This document shows positions 26,896-36,709 of a DNA stretch of 64,000 bases, in pieces. Position 1 is the first letter of the stretch. Each line of letters begins with the position of its first letter. The position numbers were made by a program, and so were the translations under genes. The DNA lies in NCBI GenBank assembly GCA_963835625.1, contig CAWIGO010000012.1:28895-92894 (forward strand). Direction: 5' to 3'. The notes below the pieces were generated by a model. The model searched no databases. It was not told where the DNA came from and saw nothing but the letters and a program-made list of their open reading frames with translations. This DNA is from an uncultured Verrucomicrobiae bacterium. Its GTDB lineage: Bacteria; Verrucomicrobiota; Verrucomicrobiia; Limisphaerales; UBA11358.

Positions 26896-26934
26896 AGTGT
26901 AACAATTGAACGCCGCCGTGCAATATTTTTTTTT
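26896..26934 (-). promoter_or_regulatory. Putative S10-operon promoter with upstream A-tract
   Basis: Minus strand has an A9 tract, TTGCAC (26923-26918), a 16-nt spacer, then TACACT (26901-26896), about 70 nt upstream of rpsJ. Confidence 0.35.
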
Positions 26935-27050
26935 AGGAAATTTGGTTGTCACCCGATGGCCGCCCTCTGCTTATACCCTCAACGTCCCACAGCCGATGAC
27001 ACGGAGACAGGCAGGAAATTGCCTGTCACTGCTTGACCTGCAGAAAACTG

Positions 27051-28442
27051 TTATTCGTATCGCAATGCTTCAATGGGGTCCAGCCGTGAGGCTTTCCAAG
27101 CCGGATAAAAGCCAAAAACGATTCCGACGGTTACCGACACCGCAACGGCGGTGATGACGGCGGGCAGTGATGGCAAAGTCGGCCAGTGTAGGAGCGCTGT
27201 GACAGCTATTGATACCCCGCGACCCAGCAAAATCCCGGCAATGCCGCCGGCCAGACAAAGCACCACCGCCTCCACCAGAAACTGCCGCAGAATGTCTCCC
27301 GGTCGCGCGCCCACCGCCATTCGCAGCCCGATTTCCCGCGTTCGTTCGGTCACGGACACCAGCATGATGTTCATGATTCCGACGCCGCCGACGACCAGCG
27401 AAATCAGCGCAACGATGAGAAGGAGCTTGGTCATCACGCCGCTGGTGGAGGCGAGCGCCTGCGAGATTTCGGTCAGATTGTGAACGCGGAAATCGTCCAG
27501 CGTGCCGGGTTGATTGTCCAGCTCACTGGCTTGAATATGATGTCGTTCGCGCATCAGGACGGTGATCTGGCGGACGGCCTTCGGGATGTTCTGCGGTGAG
27601 TCGGCGGACATCCAGATGTCGTCAATATCCGAGAACCGTGTCACCTGCGGCGTGTCGGCGGCCTGGGTGGCGGATAGCTGCGGATAAAGCTGCACGGATT
27701 GATTTGGATAAAGCTGGTTGAGGGAATTGACCCCGCTGGAAGCAGTCGTGGCCGCGCCCGCTGACTGGGCAGTTTGCCGGACGCCGGTCACGCGGAACTT
27801 GATGGTGGTCCAAGGCGCTGCGAGAAAGTCGTCCTGATCCTGCCCCATCATGTTCGGCCCTTTCCGGCTTAAGACGCCGACGATTTTCATCCCGACGTCC
27901 TTGACGCGGATTTCCTTGCCGAGTGGGGATTCGCCTCCGAACAACTGTTTGGTGATGGTCTGCCCGATGATGCAGACGGCCGCCGCGCTTCGCACATTTT
28001 CTTCCGTGAAACATTCTCCTTCGGACAGCGGCCAATTCCGAACCACCAGGTAATCCGGCGTTGTGCCGAGGATGCGGCCCGGATTCCAGTTGCGATTGCC
28101 ATAAATGATCTGGGCGCGGCAATCCACGCTGGGGGCGACGCAACTGATGGCGCTGCAATTCTGGCGGATGGCATCAGCGTCCATGGGCGTGAGGGTCGGC
28201 CGCCCGCCGGCGCCGGAATTGATACCGGCAATGGTCATGTGTGCAGGGTCTATCTGGATGACATTAGCGCCCAGGCTGGCGATGGTCTTCTCAATGGAAT
28301 AGGAAGAGCCGCGACCTATTTCCATCATGGCGATGACGGCGGCGATGCCGATGATGATACCCAGGCAAGTCAGCAGCGAACGCATGACATTACGGCGCAA
28401 GGCACGCAAAGCCATCCGCAGAGTTCCATGAAAAGTATTCAC
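27051..28442 (-). CDS. MacB-type ABC transporter permease (periplasmic core domain + FtsX, no ATPase domain)
   Basis: 463 aa with an N-terminal TM helix, a large periplasmic domain and three C-terminal TM helices containing [15 protein letters not shown], the FtsX/MacB signature. Confidence 0.85.
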   Translation of the reverse strand: MNTFHGTLRMALRALRRNVMRSLLTCLGIIIGIAAVIAMMEIGRGSSYSIEKTIASLGANVIQIDPAHMTIAGINSGAGGRPTLTPMDADAIRQNCSAISCVAPSVDCRAQIIYGNRNWNPGRILGTTPDYLVVRNWPLSEGECFTEENVRSAAAVCIIGQTITKQLFGGESPLGKEIRVKDVGMKIVGVLSRKGPNMMGQDQDDFLAAPWTTIKFRVTGVRQTAQSAGAATTASSGVNSLNQLYPNQSVQLYPQLSATQAADTPQVTRFSDIDDIWMSADSPQNIPKAVRQITVLMRERHHIQASELDNQPGTLDDFRVHNLTEISQALASTSGVMTKLLLIVALISLVVGGVGIMNIMLVSVTERTREIGLRMAVGARPGDILRQFLVEAVVLCLAGGIAGILLGRGVSIAVTALLHWPTLPSLPAVITAVAVSVTVGIVFGFYPAWKASRLDPIEALRYE

Positions 28443-28448
28443 GTTCGT

Positions 28449-29723
28449 TTAGTGCCTGATAAAGTGGGGCACGAACGGGTTTTGGGTTCCACCCTGCTCC
28501 GGTCCCGTGGTTTCACCCGTGACGACTTCTTCACCCTCTTTCAAGTTATCGGCTGTAACCGCGGTGACCACGCCGTCCGAAGTTCCAATCTTCACCGTCA
28601 TCGGCCGGACATGTTCACCGTCCTTCAACCAGATGAGGCCCTGCTTTCCTTTTGCGCCTTTGGCGCCGGACGGATTGTTGCCTGCCGATGGATCAATTAA
28701 ATTTTGCGAACGCGCGTCGGCCGCTATTTCGCTGGGTGACGATGGCGACCAGCGCAATGCCGCGTTGGGGACCAGCAGGGCATTGGATTGTTTGGCCACG
28801 GTGAAATCCACGTTGGCGGTCAGGTAAGGCAGCAAAACATTGTCCGGATTTTCCGTGTTCACCACCACCGTGTACATCACCACGTTTTGCGTCATCGTGG
28901 CATTCAGGCGCACCTTGCCGACCGTGCCCTCGAACTGCCGGCCGGGAAAGGCGTCGCAGGTGAAAGTGACGGGCGCGCCGGGCTTGATCCGCGCGACGTC
29001 CGCCTCGTTCATCGCCACCCAGATTTGCATCTTCGTTAAATCCTCGGCGATGAGGAACAGGCTCGGCGCGTTGAGGCTGGACACCACGGTCTGGCCGATG
29101 TTCACCCGCCGGTCAATGATGACGCCCATGACCGGCGAGGTGATGATGCAGAAATCCAAGTTCCGCTGCGCCTTGTCCAAATCGGCTTGCGCCTGTGCGA
29201 TACCCGACCTGGCGACGGAGACATTGGCCTTGGCGACTTCATAATTCGCCTTGGCGGTGTCATAATCCACCTGCGCCAGCAGCTTGGAACCGTATAACGC
29301 CTGCGCCCGTTTCCACTCTGCGGTGGTCTGGTCGAGCTTTGCGTTCATCTGTTCGAGATTCGCGGCTGCGGTCAATACACCCGCCTTGGCGACCAAGAGG
29401 TCGGCGGCATAAACCGAGTCGTCAATCTTTGCCAGCACGGCCCCCTTCTCTACCACCGAGTTATAGTCAATCGTCTGGCCGTTGATGTCCGTGCCGAAAG
29501 TCGTGATGCGCCCGGCAACTTGTGCGCCTACGTCCACCGTTTCACTCGGTTCAATGGTGCCGCTGGCGCTGATGGTGGCGGCAACGTCACCGCGCTTCAC
29601 GGCGGCTATACGGAATGATAATTGTGAGTGATTCCGAGCGTGCCACCACCAGACTCCGACTCCGCCAACCAAGGCCAGGATTGCAATTGCTATGATTGGT
29701 TTTTTTAGAAAGCGTTGCATCAT
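28449..29723 (-). CDS. HlyD/MacA-family periplasmic adaptor
   Basis: 424 aa with an N-terminal anchor, a coiled-coil hairpin (AQADLDKAQRNLD) and barrel domains. It lies immediately upstream of the permease. Confidence 0.85.
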   Translation of the reverse strand: MMQRFLKKPIIAIAILALVGGVGVWWWHARNHSQLSFRIAAVKRGDVAATISASGTIEPSETVDVGAQVAGRITTFGTDINGQTIDYNSVVEKGAVLAKIDDSVYAADLLVAKAGVLTAAANLEQMNAKLDQTTAEWKRAQALYGSKLLAQVDYDTAKANYEVAKANVSVARSGIAQAQADLDKAQRNLDFCIITSPVMGVIIDRRVNIGQTVVSSLNAPSLFLIAEDLTKMQIWVAMNEADVARIKPGAPVTFTCDAFPGRQFEGTVGKVRLNATMTQNVVMYTVVVNTENPDNVLLPYLTANVDFTVAKQSNALLVPNAALRWSPSSPSEIAADARSQNLIDPSAGNNPSGAKGAKGKQGLIWLKDGEHVRPMTVKIGTSDGVVTAVTADNLKEGEEVVTGETTGPEQGGTQNPFVPHFIRH

Positions 29724-29811
29724 TCAATAGAGTTTTGTTGCCAAAATTCTGCGATTGTTTTCAAACCCGGAACTTCGACTTTTGTCTGACGGGAATGTCG
29801 GAATGCTCATT

Positions 29812-30003
29812 TCATGATTTTGGTTTGTCCTCGTCCTTATTGTCCTTGCCCTTTTCTCCCTTCTTATCATCGTTGTCATCCCACTTGTTAATCGCACAGT
29901 CGGGGAGCCAAGATGCGCATGGGTCCGAGACTGACAGACGCGGGCACCCTGTCGCAACCTGAATGGACATAAATGGCCGCGTTCTGGTTGGAGATAGCAA
30001 CAT
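29812..30003 (-). CDS. Candidate small Cys-containing peptide with Asp/Lys-rich tail (speculative)
   Basis: 63 aa ORF (52 aa from the second ATG at 29970). It starts 9 nt after the DUF2127 stop and lies upstream of the macA-like gene. No homology was recognised. Confidence 0.25.
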   Translation of the reverse strand: MLLSPTRTRPFMSIQVATGCPRLSVSDPCASWLPDCAINKWDDNDDKKGEKGKDNKDEDKPKS

Positions 30004-30012
30004 TTAGCGGAT

Positions 30013-30543
30013 TCACACATAACCACGACGCGCTTTCAGATATTTGTAATCCCGCCATATCAGGACAAGTGTGATGAGATCGAGAAGGCTGATCAATCCC
30101 AGCCCAAGCGAATGATTGTGACTGAATTGATATGCTTGGTAACACAGGAAAAGGCCGAGGACGGCCAATGCTGCGGGATAAGCCCATAATTTCCCGAGCA
30201 AAAGACCGGTCACCAGCCCCACCTTGGCAATCCCGTAGGTCAAAAGATAAATGGAAGCAAAATGTTTTGTGCTGACGGAAAGATCGTGAAAAAAATTGAC
30301 GAGATGGTTGGCGACAAAATCAGTCGGTTCTTCCTGCAGTTCCCCTTGGGTCAGCCAGTCAACCACATTGCGGAGTGATGCCGGCGTGGTGAAAGAAAGA
30401 GTAAAGCCAGCCATCGCCTCCAAAACGCCATTAATACCCTTGATCACGACCACAATTTTGAAAAGGAGATGGATCTGTTCTTCTTTCAGTTTCAATTTCA
30501 TATTGGACGATACCCCAGCACAAGCAATGAGCGCGTCTGCCAT
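30013..30543 (-). CDS. DUF2127-like membrane protein
   Basis: 176 aa with four hydrophobic helices and the KIVVVIKGINGVLE pattern typical of DUF2127. The start is uncertain; an alternative ATG is at 30501. Confidence 0.6.
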   Translation of the reverse strand: MADALIACAGVSSNMKLKLKEEQIHLLFKIVVVIKGINGVLEAMAGFTLSFTTPASLRNVVDWLTQGELQEEPTDFVANHLVNFFHDLSVSTKHFASIYLLTYGIAKVGLVTGLLLGKLWAYPAALAVLGLFLCYQAYQFSHNHSLGLGLISLLDLITLVLIWRDYKYLKARRGYV

Positions 30544-30586
30544 GTGCGGCGACGCTGGAAAACTGAAATGGGATTTATGTTGGTCT

Positions 30587-31687
30587 TCATAATGAAGCTT
30601 TGTTTTCCTGCGCTAGTGGCAGGCGAATGGTGACCGTGGTCATTTGGGACGGTACGGATTCAATTTTTATGGTTCCGTGGTGTGCGGAAACAATCCATTG
30701 CACAATGCTCAAGCCGAGACCGCAGCCATCCACAACATTGCTGTGCGCCGCATCACCGCGATAGAACCGGTCGAAAACCCGCGGCAAAACTTCCGGCGGA
30801 ATCCCCGGCCCGGTGTTCGCAATGGTGAATTCGGCCGTGTCGCCAGTGCGACGCAAACTTATCATCACCTGGCCACTCGGCTGATTGTATTTGACGGCGT
30901 TGTCGGCGAGGTTCAGCAACAATTGACGCAAACGATGCCGGTCGCCCCGCACGGTGACTTCTTCGCAGCCAGCCAATTCCACCTGAATGCCCTGCGGCCC
31001 GGCGAGAATCTGCGCGTCGCCAAAATTGTCACGCACGAGTTCGTCGAATTGCACCAGCTCCGACGTCAGCGTGACTTGTCCCGCGTCGGCTTTGGCCAGT
31101 AGTGTGAGGCCGTCCACGATGCGCGCGAGGCGGCGCAACTCATCGTGCAGGCTGGCGGCGCGTTCGCGCTCGGCGGCAGAAAGCGATTCGTCGCGTAGGG
31201 CGGTCTCCGCCTCACCGCACAAGACCGTCAGCGGCGTTTTGAGTTCATGCGAGGCGTGCAGGGTAAATTCGCGGGTGCGATTAAACGAATCGTCGAGCCG
31301 CGCCAGCATCCCGTTGAACACTTCCGTGAGCCGGTCCAGTTCATCGCCGCTGCCGGTGCGGGGCAACCGTTTATTTAAGTTACAAGCGCTGATTTTTTCC
31401 GCGGCTAGGGTAAGGCTGGCCACCGGCGCGAGGGATTTTTTCATAAGCCACCAGCCGCCGGCTACTACTAACAAAGCCGCCGGCACGCCGCACCACATCA
31501 TGATGCTGGTCACGTCTTCAAACGTGTCTTGTTCGGTGGCCTGTTCCGTGTGGTGACGTTCGGGATGTCTCCGCGCGTGTTGACGGGGTTCGATGACAAG
31601 TTGGTAATACAGCAGGACGCCCATGACCGTTAGGGAGACGAACATAACCGCCGCATACCACAAACTGAGCCGCGTGCGGATGGTCAT
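30587..31687 (-). CDS. Sensor histidine kinase (CusS/OmpR-partner type)
   Basis: Two TM helices flank a short His-rich loop. It has a HAMP domain, the H-box HASHELKTPL and the N/G boxes of HATPase_c. Confidence 0.88.
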   Translation of the reverse strand: MTIRTRLSLWYAAVMFVSLTVMGVLLYYQLVIEPRQHARRHPERHHTEQATEQDTFEDVTSIMMWCGVPAALLVVAGGWWLMKKSLAPVASLTLAAEKISACNLNKRLPRTGSGDELDRLTEVFNGMLARLDDSFNRTREFTLHASHELKTPLTVLCGEAETALRDESLSAAERERAASLHDELRRLARIVDGLTLLAKADAGQVTLTSELVQFDELVRDNFGDAQILAGPQGIQVELAGCEEVTVRGDRHRLRQLLLNLADNAVKYNQPSGQVMISLRRTGDTAEFTIANTGPGIPPEVLPRVFDRFYRGDAAHSNVVDGCGLGLSIVQWIVSAHHGTIKIESVPSQMTTVTIRLPLAQENKASL

Positions 31688-32358
31688 GGCGATTCCTTTA
31701 GCACGTAGCCCGCGCCGCGGACGGTGTGGAGCAGCTTGGGCTCAAAATTGGCGTCAATTTTTTCACGCAGCCGGCGGATGTAAACATCCACGAGATTCGT
31801 GCCGGGATCGAAATCGTAGTCCCAGACTTTTTCGAGAATCATCATGCGCCCGCACAATCGGCCGACCGATTGCATGAGAAATTCCAGCAGCCGGTATTCG
31901 CGCGCGGTCAGTTCAATCTCCGTGCCGCCGCGTTGCGCCAAGTGCATGACCGTGTCCAGCGTGAGGTCGGCCACGCGCAGGACGGTGGATTTGTTTTCCC
32001 CACTGCGCCGGCATAGCGCGCGGACCCGCGCGACCAGCTCCGCCAGTTCAAACGGCTTGGGCAGATAATCGTCCGCGCCGGCATCCAAGCCTTCGATGCG
32101 TTCGTTGACCTCGCCGCGTGCGGAAAGGAGCAGGACCGGCGTGGCATTTTTGCTCTCGCGCAACTGACGCAGCACACTCAGGCCGTCGCGGCCCGGCAGC
32201 ATGATGTCGAGCACGATGCCGTCGAAGGGCGTGGCCCGTGCCGCGGCCAGGGCGTCATCGCCGTTGTGACAGACATCCACGGCAAAGCCTTCGGCCTGGA
32301 GCGCCTTGCGGACAAACGACGCCGTCTTTTTTTCGTCTTCAACGACCAGCACGCGCAT
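31684..32358 (-). CDS. OmpR-family response regulator
   Basis: Receiver domain (MRVLVVEDE...DIMLPGRDG) plus a winged-helix C-terminus (TVRGAGYVL). Overlaps the kinase gene by 4 nt. Confidence 0.92.
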   Translation of the reverse strand: MRVLVVEDEKKTASFVRKALQAEGFAVDVCHNGDDALAAARATPFDGIVLDIMLPGRDGLSVLRQLRESKNATPVLLLSARGEVNERIEGLDAGADDYLPKPFELAELVARVRALCRRSGENKSTVLRVADLTLDTVMHLAQRGGTEIELTAREYRLLEFLMQSVGRLCGRMMILEKVWDYDFDPGTNLVDVYIRRLREKIDANFEPKLLHTVRGAGYVLKESP

Positions 32359-32423
32359 GCGCCGACTTTGCGAAAGTGTTACCGAACCGTCAAGGACCGC
32401 GGTCAGGTGAACGGTTGATCAGG

Positions 32424-33434
32424 TTATTTCTCCATCCCATACACTAGGATCTTGAAACTGTCCGGGACCATCTTCCCGCGCCGCTGGCCTTCCGCAGGCG
32501 CCTCGAATTTGGCCGCGGCCAGATAAATTTTGTGCGTTTTCGGATCAAGCGCCATTGTCCGTGAGCCGCGCTGGGTTTCCAGCGTCTGCACCACCGTCAA
32601 CTTGTCCGGCGATTCTTCCTTCGCAATCGTTGTGGTTCCATCACCGCACGAGGCAAAGGCGAATCCAGTTCCCGGATCAAACGCATTAGCATCCACACCC
32701 TGCCCGATGGGCACCGAGGCAAGCACTTTCCCCTTCGCGCTGTCCATCATCACCATTGTCTTGCTGCCGCCGCAACCAAGGAACAGTCGGTGGTTTTTCA
32801 AATCAATCGCCATCCCGGAAGCTCCCTCGCCCGGCGCGATCGGCCAGTTGGTGACGACTTGGTGTGCCTTTGTGTCAATCACGGCAACTTCATTTTTGTC
32901 TTCGATGTTGTTGTAAACGCGCCCCGCCGCTGGATCGGCCTCCGCGAATTCCGGTTTGCCACCGAGCGGAATGGTGACCACAACCTTGCCGGCCTTCACG
33001 TCAATCACCGTCGCCGACTGGCCGCGACCATTGAACAGGTAGGCTTCCTTCCGCCCCGGTTCGTAAAGCATCGCGTCGGGATTTGTGCCGGTGTCCACTT
33101 TCGAAAGCGTTTGCAGCGTCTTCAGATCCACAATCCCGGCCTTGTCCTCGCGGCCGTTGCTGGTGACGCCCAGCCCGAGGTCATGGGCAATGGCGATGCC
33201 GTGGACGCCCGGCGTGTTCGTGATTTCGCCGGTGACTTGGTCCTTGGCGAGATTAATGACCACGACCTTGGTTCCATGCGAGACGTAGAGGCGTTGCGCC
33301 GCCGAATCTACCGTCAGGTAATCCCAGCCACCTTCGCCGCCAATGGGGATTCCCTTGATGAAATGATAAGGCCCGTCGGCGCGGCAGACTGCGACGGCGA
33401 TGCTAAACAAGACTGGCAACAGAATTTTTTTCAT
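32424..33434 (-). CDS. Secreted YncE-like / YVTN beta-propeller protein
   Basis: Signal peptide MKKILLPVLFSIAVAVC, then repeated ...RLYV.. / V.VID... blades. Confidence 0.7.
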   Translation of the reverse strand: MKKILLPVLFSIAVAVCRADGPYHFIKGIPIGGEGGWDYLTVDSAAQRLYVSHGTKVVVINLAKDQVTGEITNTPGVHGIAIAHDLGLGVTSNGREDKAGIVDLKTLQTLSKVDTGTNPDAMLYEPGRKEAYLFNGRGQSATVIDVKAGKVVVTIPLGGKPEFAEADPAAGRVYNNIEDKNEVAVIDTKAHQVVTNWPIAPGEGASGMAIDLKNHRLFLGCGGSKTMVMMDSAKGKVLASVPIGQGVDANAFDPGTGFAFASCGDGTTTIAKEESPDKLTVVQTLETQRGSRTMALDPKTHKIYLAAAKFEAPAEGQRRGKMVPDSFKILVYGMEK

Positions 33435-33565
33435 AATGTGACTTCTTTTGGTTGGATTTATTACAACAACTTTTGCTCATCGGCGTTTCCGGCGTCAACA
33501 TCCAAAGGCCGGGGTGTTGACATCTGTCTTTGGCCGTTGGTTGATGTCAACAGATTGCCAACCTC

Positions 33566-34330
33566 CTACTGGGCGGGCTGGCCGGCGGGATCGAACGTCG
33601 CCTCGACGGTCTTTCCGTTCTTCAGGCCTCCGATCTCATAGGTTGTCTCGCCGTATTCCACGCCTTTCATGGCTTGCAGACCGGAGGCGGTGTCAAAGAA
33701 TTTCTCCGCCGCCGTGCGAACAGCCTCCGGCAATTCTTCATACGCGATGGGAACTTCCGTGCCCAACACCGCTCCATCCGTGTCGGCAATCAGGAATTCC
33801 AAATGTTTGCCGTCCATTTCGGCCTCAATGTCATAAACGGTCTTTCCTTTTTCGATTTCTTTTGTCATCTGCTCAATTTTCCCGCCAGCGGTCACTTTCT
33901 CCACCGTGGCCCGCGCGGGTTCCGACAACTGCGCCAGCGATACAGTTACTTCTTTGTCCTTGCCTTCTTCCCCGGCCGCTTCCCTGGCTTTGCTTTTCGC
34001 CGCTTCCTTCTCCACGGAAACCACGTCGCCGGTGATGGCGTCCACGTTCACTTCGGTGATGTCCTTGGTGTCCGGCGTGGTAACATCAAACGACCAGATT
34101 AACTTGCCCTTTTCCTTTTCCAATTCACCTTCCTTGATTGCGCCGCTGGGGACTTTTGCCAGCGCGGTCTTCTCGGCGTCGGCACGGGTGATCTTGGCTT
34201 CGGCCATGAGCTTGGCTTGTTTGGCTTCCTTGTTGTGGCACGCCTGTTTTTCGCATTTTTCTGAAACGCAGCCAGTCAGCGCGCAGGCGGCGAGGATGGA
34301 GATTAGAGAATGGAGGATGTTTTTTTTCAT
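33566..34330 (-). CDS. PepSY-domain lipoprotein
   Basis: Trimmed to the ATG at 34330 (MKKNILHSLISILAACALTGC lipobox). ITRADAEKTALAKVPSGAIKEGELEKE is PepSY-like, and there are repeated domains. Confidence 0.7.
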   Translation of the reverse strand: MKKNILHSLISILAACALTGCVSEKCEKQACHNKEAKQAKLMAEAKITRADAEKTALAKVPSGAIKEGELEKEKGKLIWSFDVTTPDTKDITEVNVDAITGDVVSVEKEAAKSKAREAAGEEGKDKEVTVSLAQLSEPARATVEKVTAGGKIEQMTKEIEKGKTVYDIEAEMDGKHLEFLIADTDGAVLGTEVPIAYEELPEAVRTAAEKFFDTASGLQAMKGVEYGETTYEIGGLKNGKTVEATFDPAGQPAQ

Positions 34331-34460
34331 GACTTGGTTTTGATTTGATTCTTGTGGTTTGAAAAATCCAGACGTCGCCATGAAACCTCATAAAAATGAA
34401 CGCCCGCTGAACGGTGTATGACAATTTTGTCACCTCAGACCTTCGTTGAAACGGCGCGGC

Positions 34461-36686
34461 TTACGTTCTTGCCGCCGGTTTCTTGGCAGACGCGTCCAAA
34501 ATCTTGTTCAAGACACTGCTCGGAACCTGCTCGAAGGTTAATGGCTCCATGGAATACGACGCGCGGCCTTTCGAGAGTGAACGAATCGCCGTGGCATAAC
34601 CGAACATTTCGGCCAGCGGCACCTGCGCGTTGAGAAGCATCTGGCCGCTCTTGGCCTCGATATTGAGGATGTGACCGCGACGGCGGTTGATGTCGCCGAG
34701 CAAATCGCCCTGATATTCGTCGGGCGTGGCGACTTCGACCTTCATGATCGGCTCGAGTAAAATCGGATGCGCTTTTTTGAAGGCGTCCTTGAGCGCGAAA
34801 ATGCCGGCCATCTTGAACGCCAATTCGCTGGAGTCCACTTCGTGGAACGTGCCGTCCACAATCTGCACCTTTACATCAATGACCTGATAACCGGCATAAA
34901 CGCCGCCTTTGATGGCTTCTTCAATGCCGTCAACGACCGCCGGGATGTATTCCTTGGGAATCGCGCCGCCGACAATCTTATTTTCAATTTCGATGCCCTT
35001 GCCCTTTCCGTTCGGCTGAACCTTGACGCAGGCGTGGCCGTATTGACCGCGACCGCCGGATTGGCGGATGAATTTGCCTTCGCCATCGGCGGACTTGGTG
35101 ATGGTTTCGCGGTAGGCGATTTGCGGCTCGCCGGTGTTGGCATCCACTTTGAATTCGCGTTTCAGGCGGTCGCAAATGATTTCCAGATGCAACTCGCCCA
35201 TGCCTGCAATGATGAGCTGGCTGGTTTCCTCGTTTGTAAAACAACGGAACGTCGGGTCTTCCTCGGCCAGCCGCTGCAGGCCTTCGGACATTTTGTCGCG
35301 GTCGGCCTTCGTCTTCGGTTCGACAGCCATGCTGATGACGGGTTCGGGGAATGTCGGCGGTTCGAGCGCCACGTCGTAATCTTCGTCACATAACGTGTCG
35401 CCGGTGGTGATGTTCCGCAAGCCGACCAGCGCGGCGATATCGCCGGCGTAAGCCCGCTCAATATCCTTGCGCTCGCTGCCTTGAATGATCATCAGGCGGC
35501 TGACGCGATCGCGTTTGCGCGTGCGCGGATTGTAAATCATGTCGCCTTTCTTGACCGTGCCGGAATAGACGCGGAAAAAGACCAGCTTGCCCGCGTAAAC
35601 GTCAGTCCAGAGCTTGAACGCCAACGAACAGAATTTGTTGCTGTCGCTCGTTTCGATCTGTACGACATCCTCCGTGCCGGGCACCAGGCCCTGCGCGCCG
35701 GGAACATCCAGCGGACCCGGCAAATAATCCACGATGGCGTCAATCAACGGCTGCACGCCCTTCTTTTTGAAAGCCGAACCGCACAGGACGGGAATCAATT
35801 CGATTTTGCACGTCAACCGGCGGATGGCCGCCTTGAGCACGAGAGGCTCAATTGGCTTGTCCTTGATCACCAGCTCGGCAATCGCATCGTCCTTGTTGGA
35901 AACGGCGTCAATCAATTCCGCAAGCGCAGCCCTGGCTTTTTTCCTGAGGCGCTCGGGAATTTCCTTCACCTCGTATTTCAAACCTTCGTTGACAACTTCG
36001 CCGACGCCCCAAGTGATTGCCTTCTGGCTGACCACGTCAATGACGCCTTCGAACTTGTCCTCCGCGCCAATCGGCAGATAAATCGGATACGCATACGCGC
36101 CGAGTTTTTTCCGCATGTCTTTCAGCGCGTTCTCAAAATTCGCGCCGGTGCGGTCCATTTTGTTCACGAACGCGATGCGCGGCACCTTGTATTTCGTCGC
36201 CTGACGCCAGACCGTCTCGGATTGCGGCTGAACGCCCGCCACGCCGCAGAACACCGCGACTGCGCCGTCCAAAACGCGCATGGAGCGCTCAACTTCGGCG
36301 GTGAAATCCACATGGCCGGGTGTGTCAATGATGTTGACGCGATGCGGCACGCCCATAAAGGACTTGATCAGGCCCTCTTCTTTTTTCTGCGTCCAAAAGC
36401 ACGTCACCGCGGCGGACGTGATGGTGATGCCGCGTTCGCGTTCCTGCTCCATCCAGTCGGTGACGGTGTTGCCGTCGTCCACATCGCCGATTTTGTGGAT
36501 GAGACCGGCGTAAAAGAGGATGCGCTCGGTCGTGGTCGTTTTGCCCGCGTCAATGTGCGCGGCGATGCCAATGTTGCGCGTGCGCTCCAGCGTGTATTCA
36601 CGCTTGGGCGAATTGACCGGTTTCGTTTTTTCCACGGTTTTATGCACTGGATTCTGAGAATAAAAAAAGCCCCGGTATTTCACCAT
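34461..36686 (-). CDS. fusA: Elongation factor G
   Basis: RNIGIAAHIDAGKTTTTERIL with all EF-G domains present. The start is uncertain because the ATG at 36686 sits in a hairpin loop; alternative GTGs are at 36647 and 36635. Confidence 0.95.
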   Translation of the reverse strand: MVKYRGFFYSQNPVHKTVEKTKPVNSPKREYTLERTRNIGIAAHIDAGKTTTTERILFYAGLIHKIGDVDDGNTVTDWMEQERERGITITSAAVTCFWTQKKEEGLIKSFMGVPHRVNIIDTPGHVDFTAEVERSMRVLDGAVAVFCGVAGVQPQSETVWRQATKYKVPRIAFVNKMDRTGANFENALKDMRKKLGAYAYPIYLPIGAEDKFEGVIDVVSQKAITWGVGEVVNEGLKYEVKEIPERLRKKARAALAELIDAVSNKDDAIAELVIKDKPIEPLVLKAAIRRLTCKIELIPVLCGSAFKKKGVQPLIDAIVDYLPGPLDVPGAQGLVPGTEDVVQIETSDSNKFCSLAFKLWTDVYAGKLVFFRVYSGTVKKGDMIYNPRTRKRDRVSRLMIIQGSERKDIERAYAGDIAALVGLRNITTGDTLCDEDYDVALEPPTFPEPVISMAVEPKTKADRDKMSEGLQRLAEEDPTFRCFTNEETSQLIIAGMGELHLEIICDRLKREFKVDANTGEPQIAYRETITKSADGEGKFIRQSGGRGQYGHACVKVQPNGKGKGIEIENKIVGGAIPKEYIPAVVDGIEEAIKGGVYAGYQVIDVKVQIVDGTFHEVDSSELAFKMAGIFALKDAFKKAHPILLEPIMKVEVATPDEYQGDLLGDINRRRGHILNIEAKSGQMLLNAQVPLAEMFGYATAIRSLSKGRASYSMEPLTFEQVPSSVLNKILDASAKKPAART

Positions 36687-36692
36687 CGGGGC
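36663..36692 (-). terminator. Terminator-like hairpin between rpsG and fusA
   Basis: Minus strand reads GCCCCG-AUGGUGAAAUAC-CGGGGC followed by U7. It begins 18 nt after the rpsG stop. Confidence 0.4.
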
Positions 36693-36709
36693 ATGTCAAA
36701 ATTGTTGTA

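Noticed and set aside
29696-29962. Plus-strand ORF 29696..29962 and minus-strand ORFs 29724..30026 and 29888..30187 in the DUF2127/macA gap.
   Set aside because: They overlap the macA-like start or the DUF2127 3' end and have Ser/Leu- or Arg-rich junk composition. Only the minus-strand 29812..30003 frame was kept, at low confidence.
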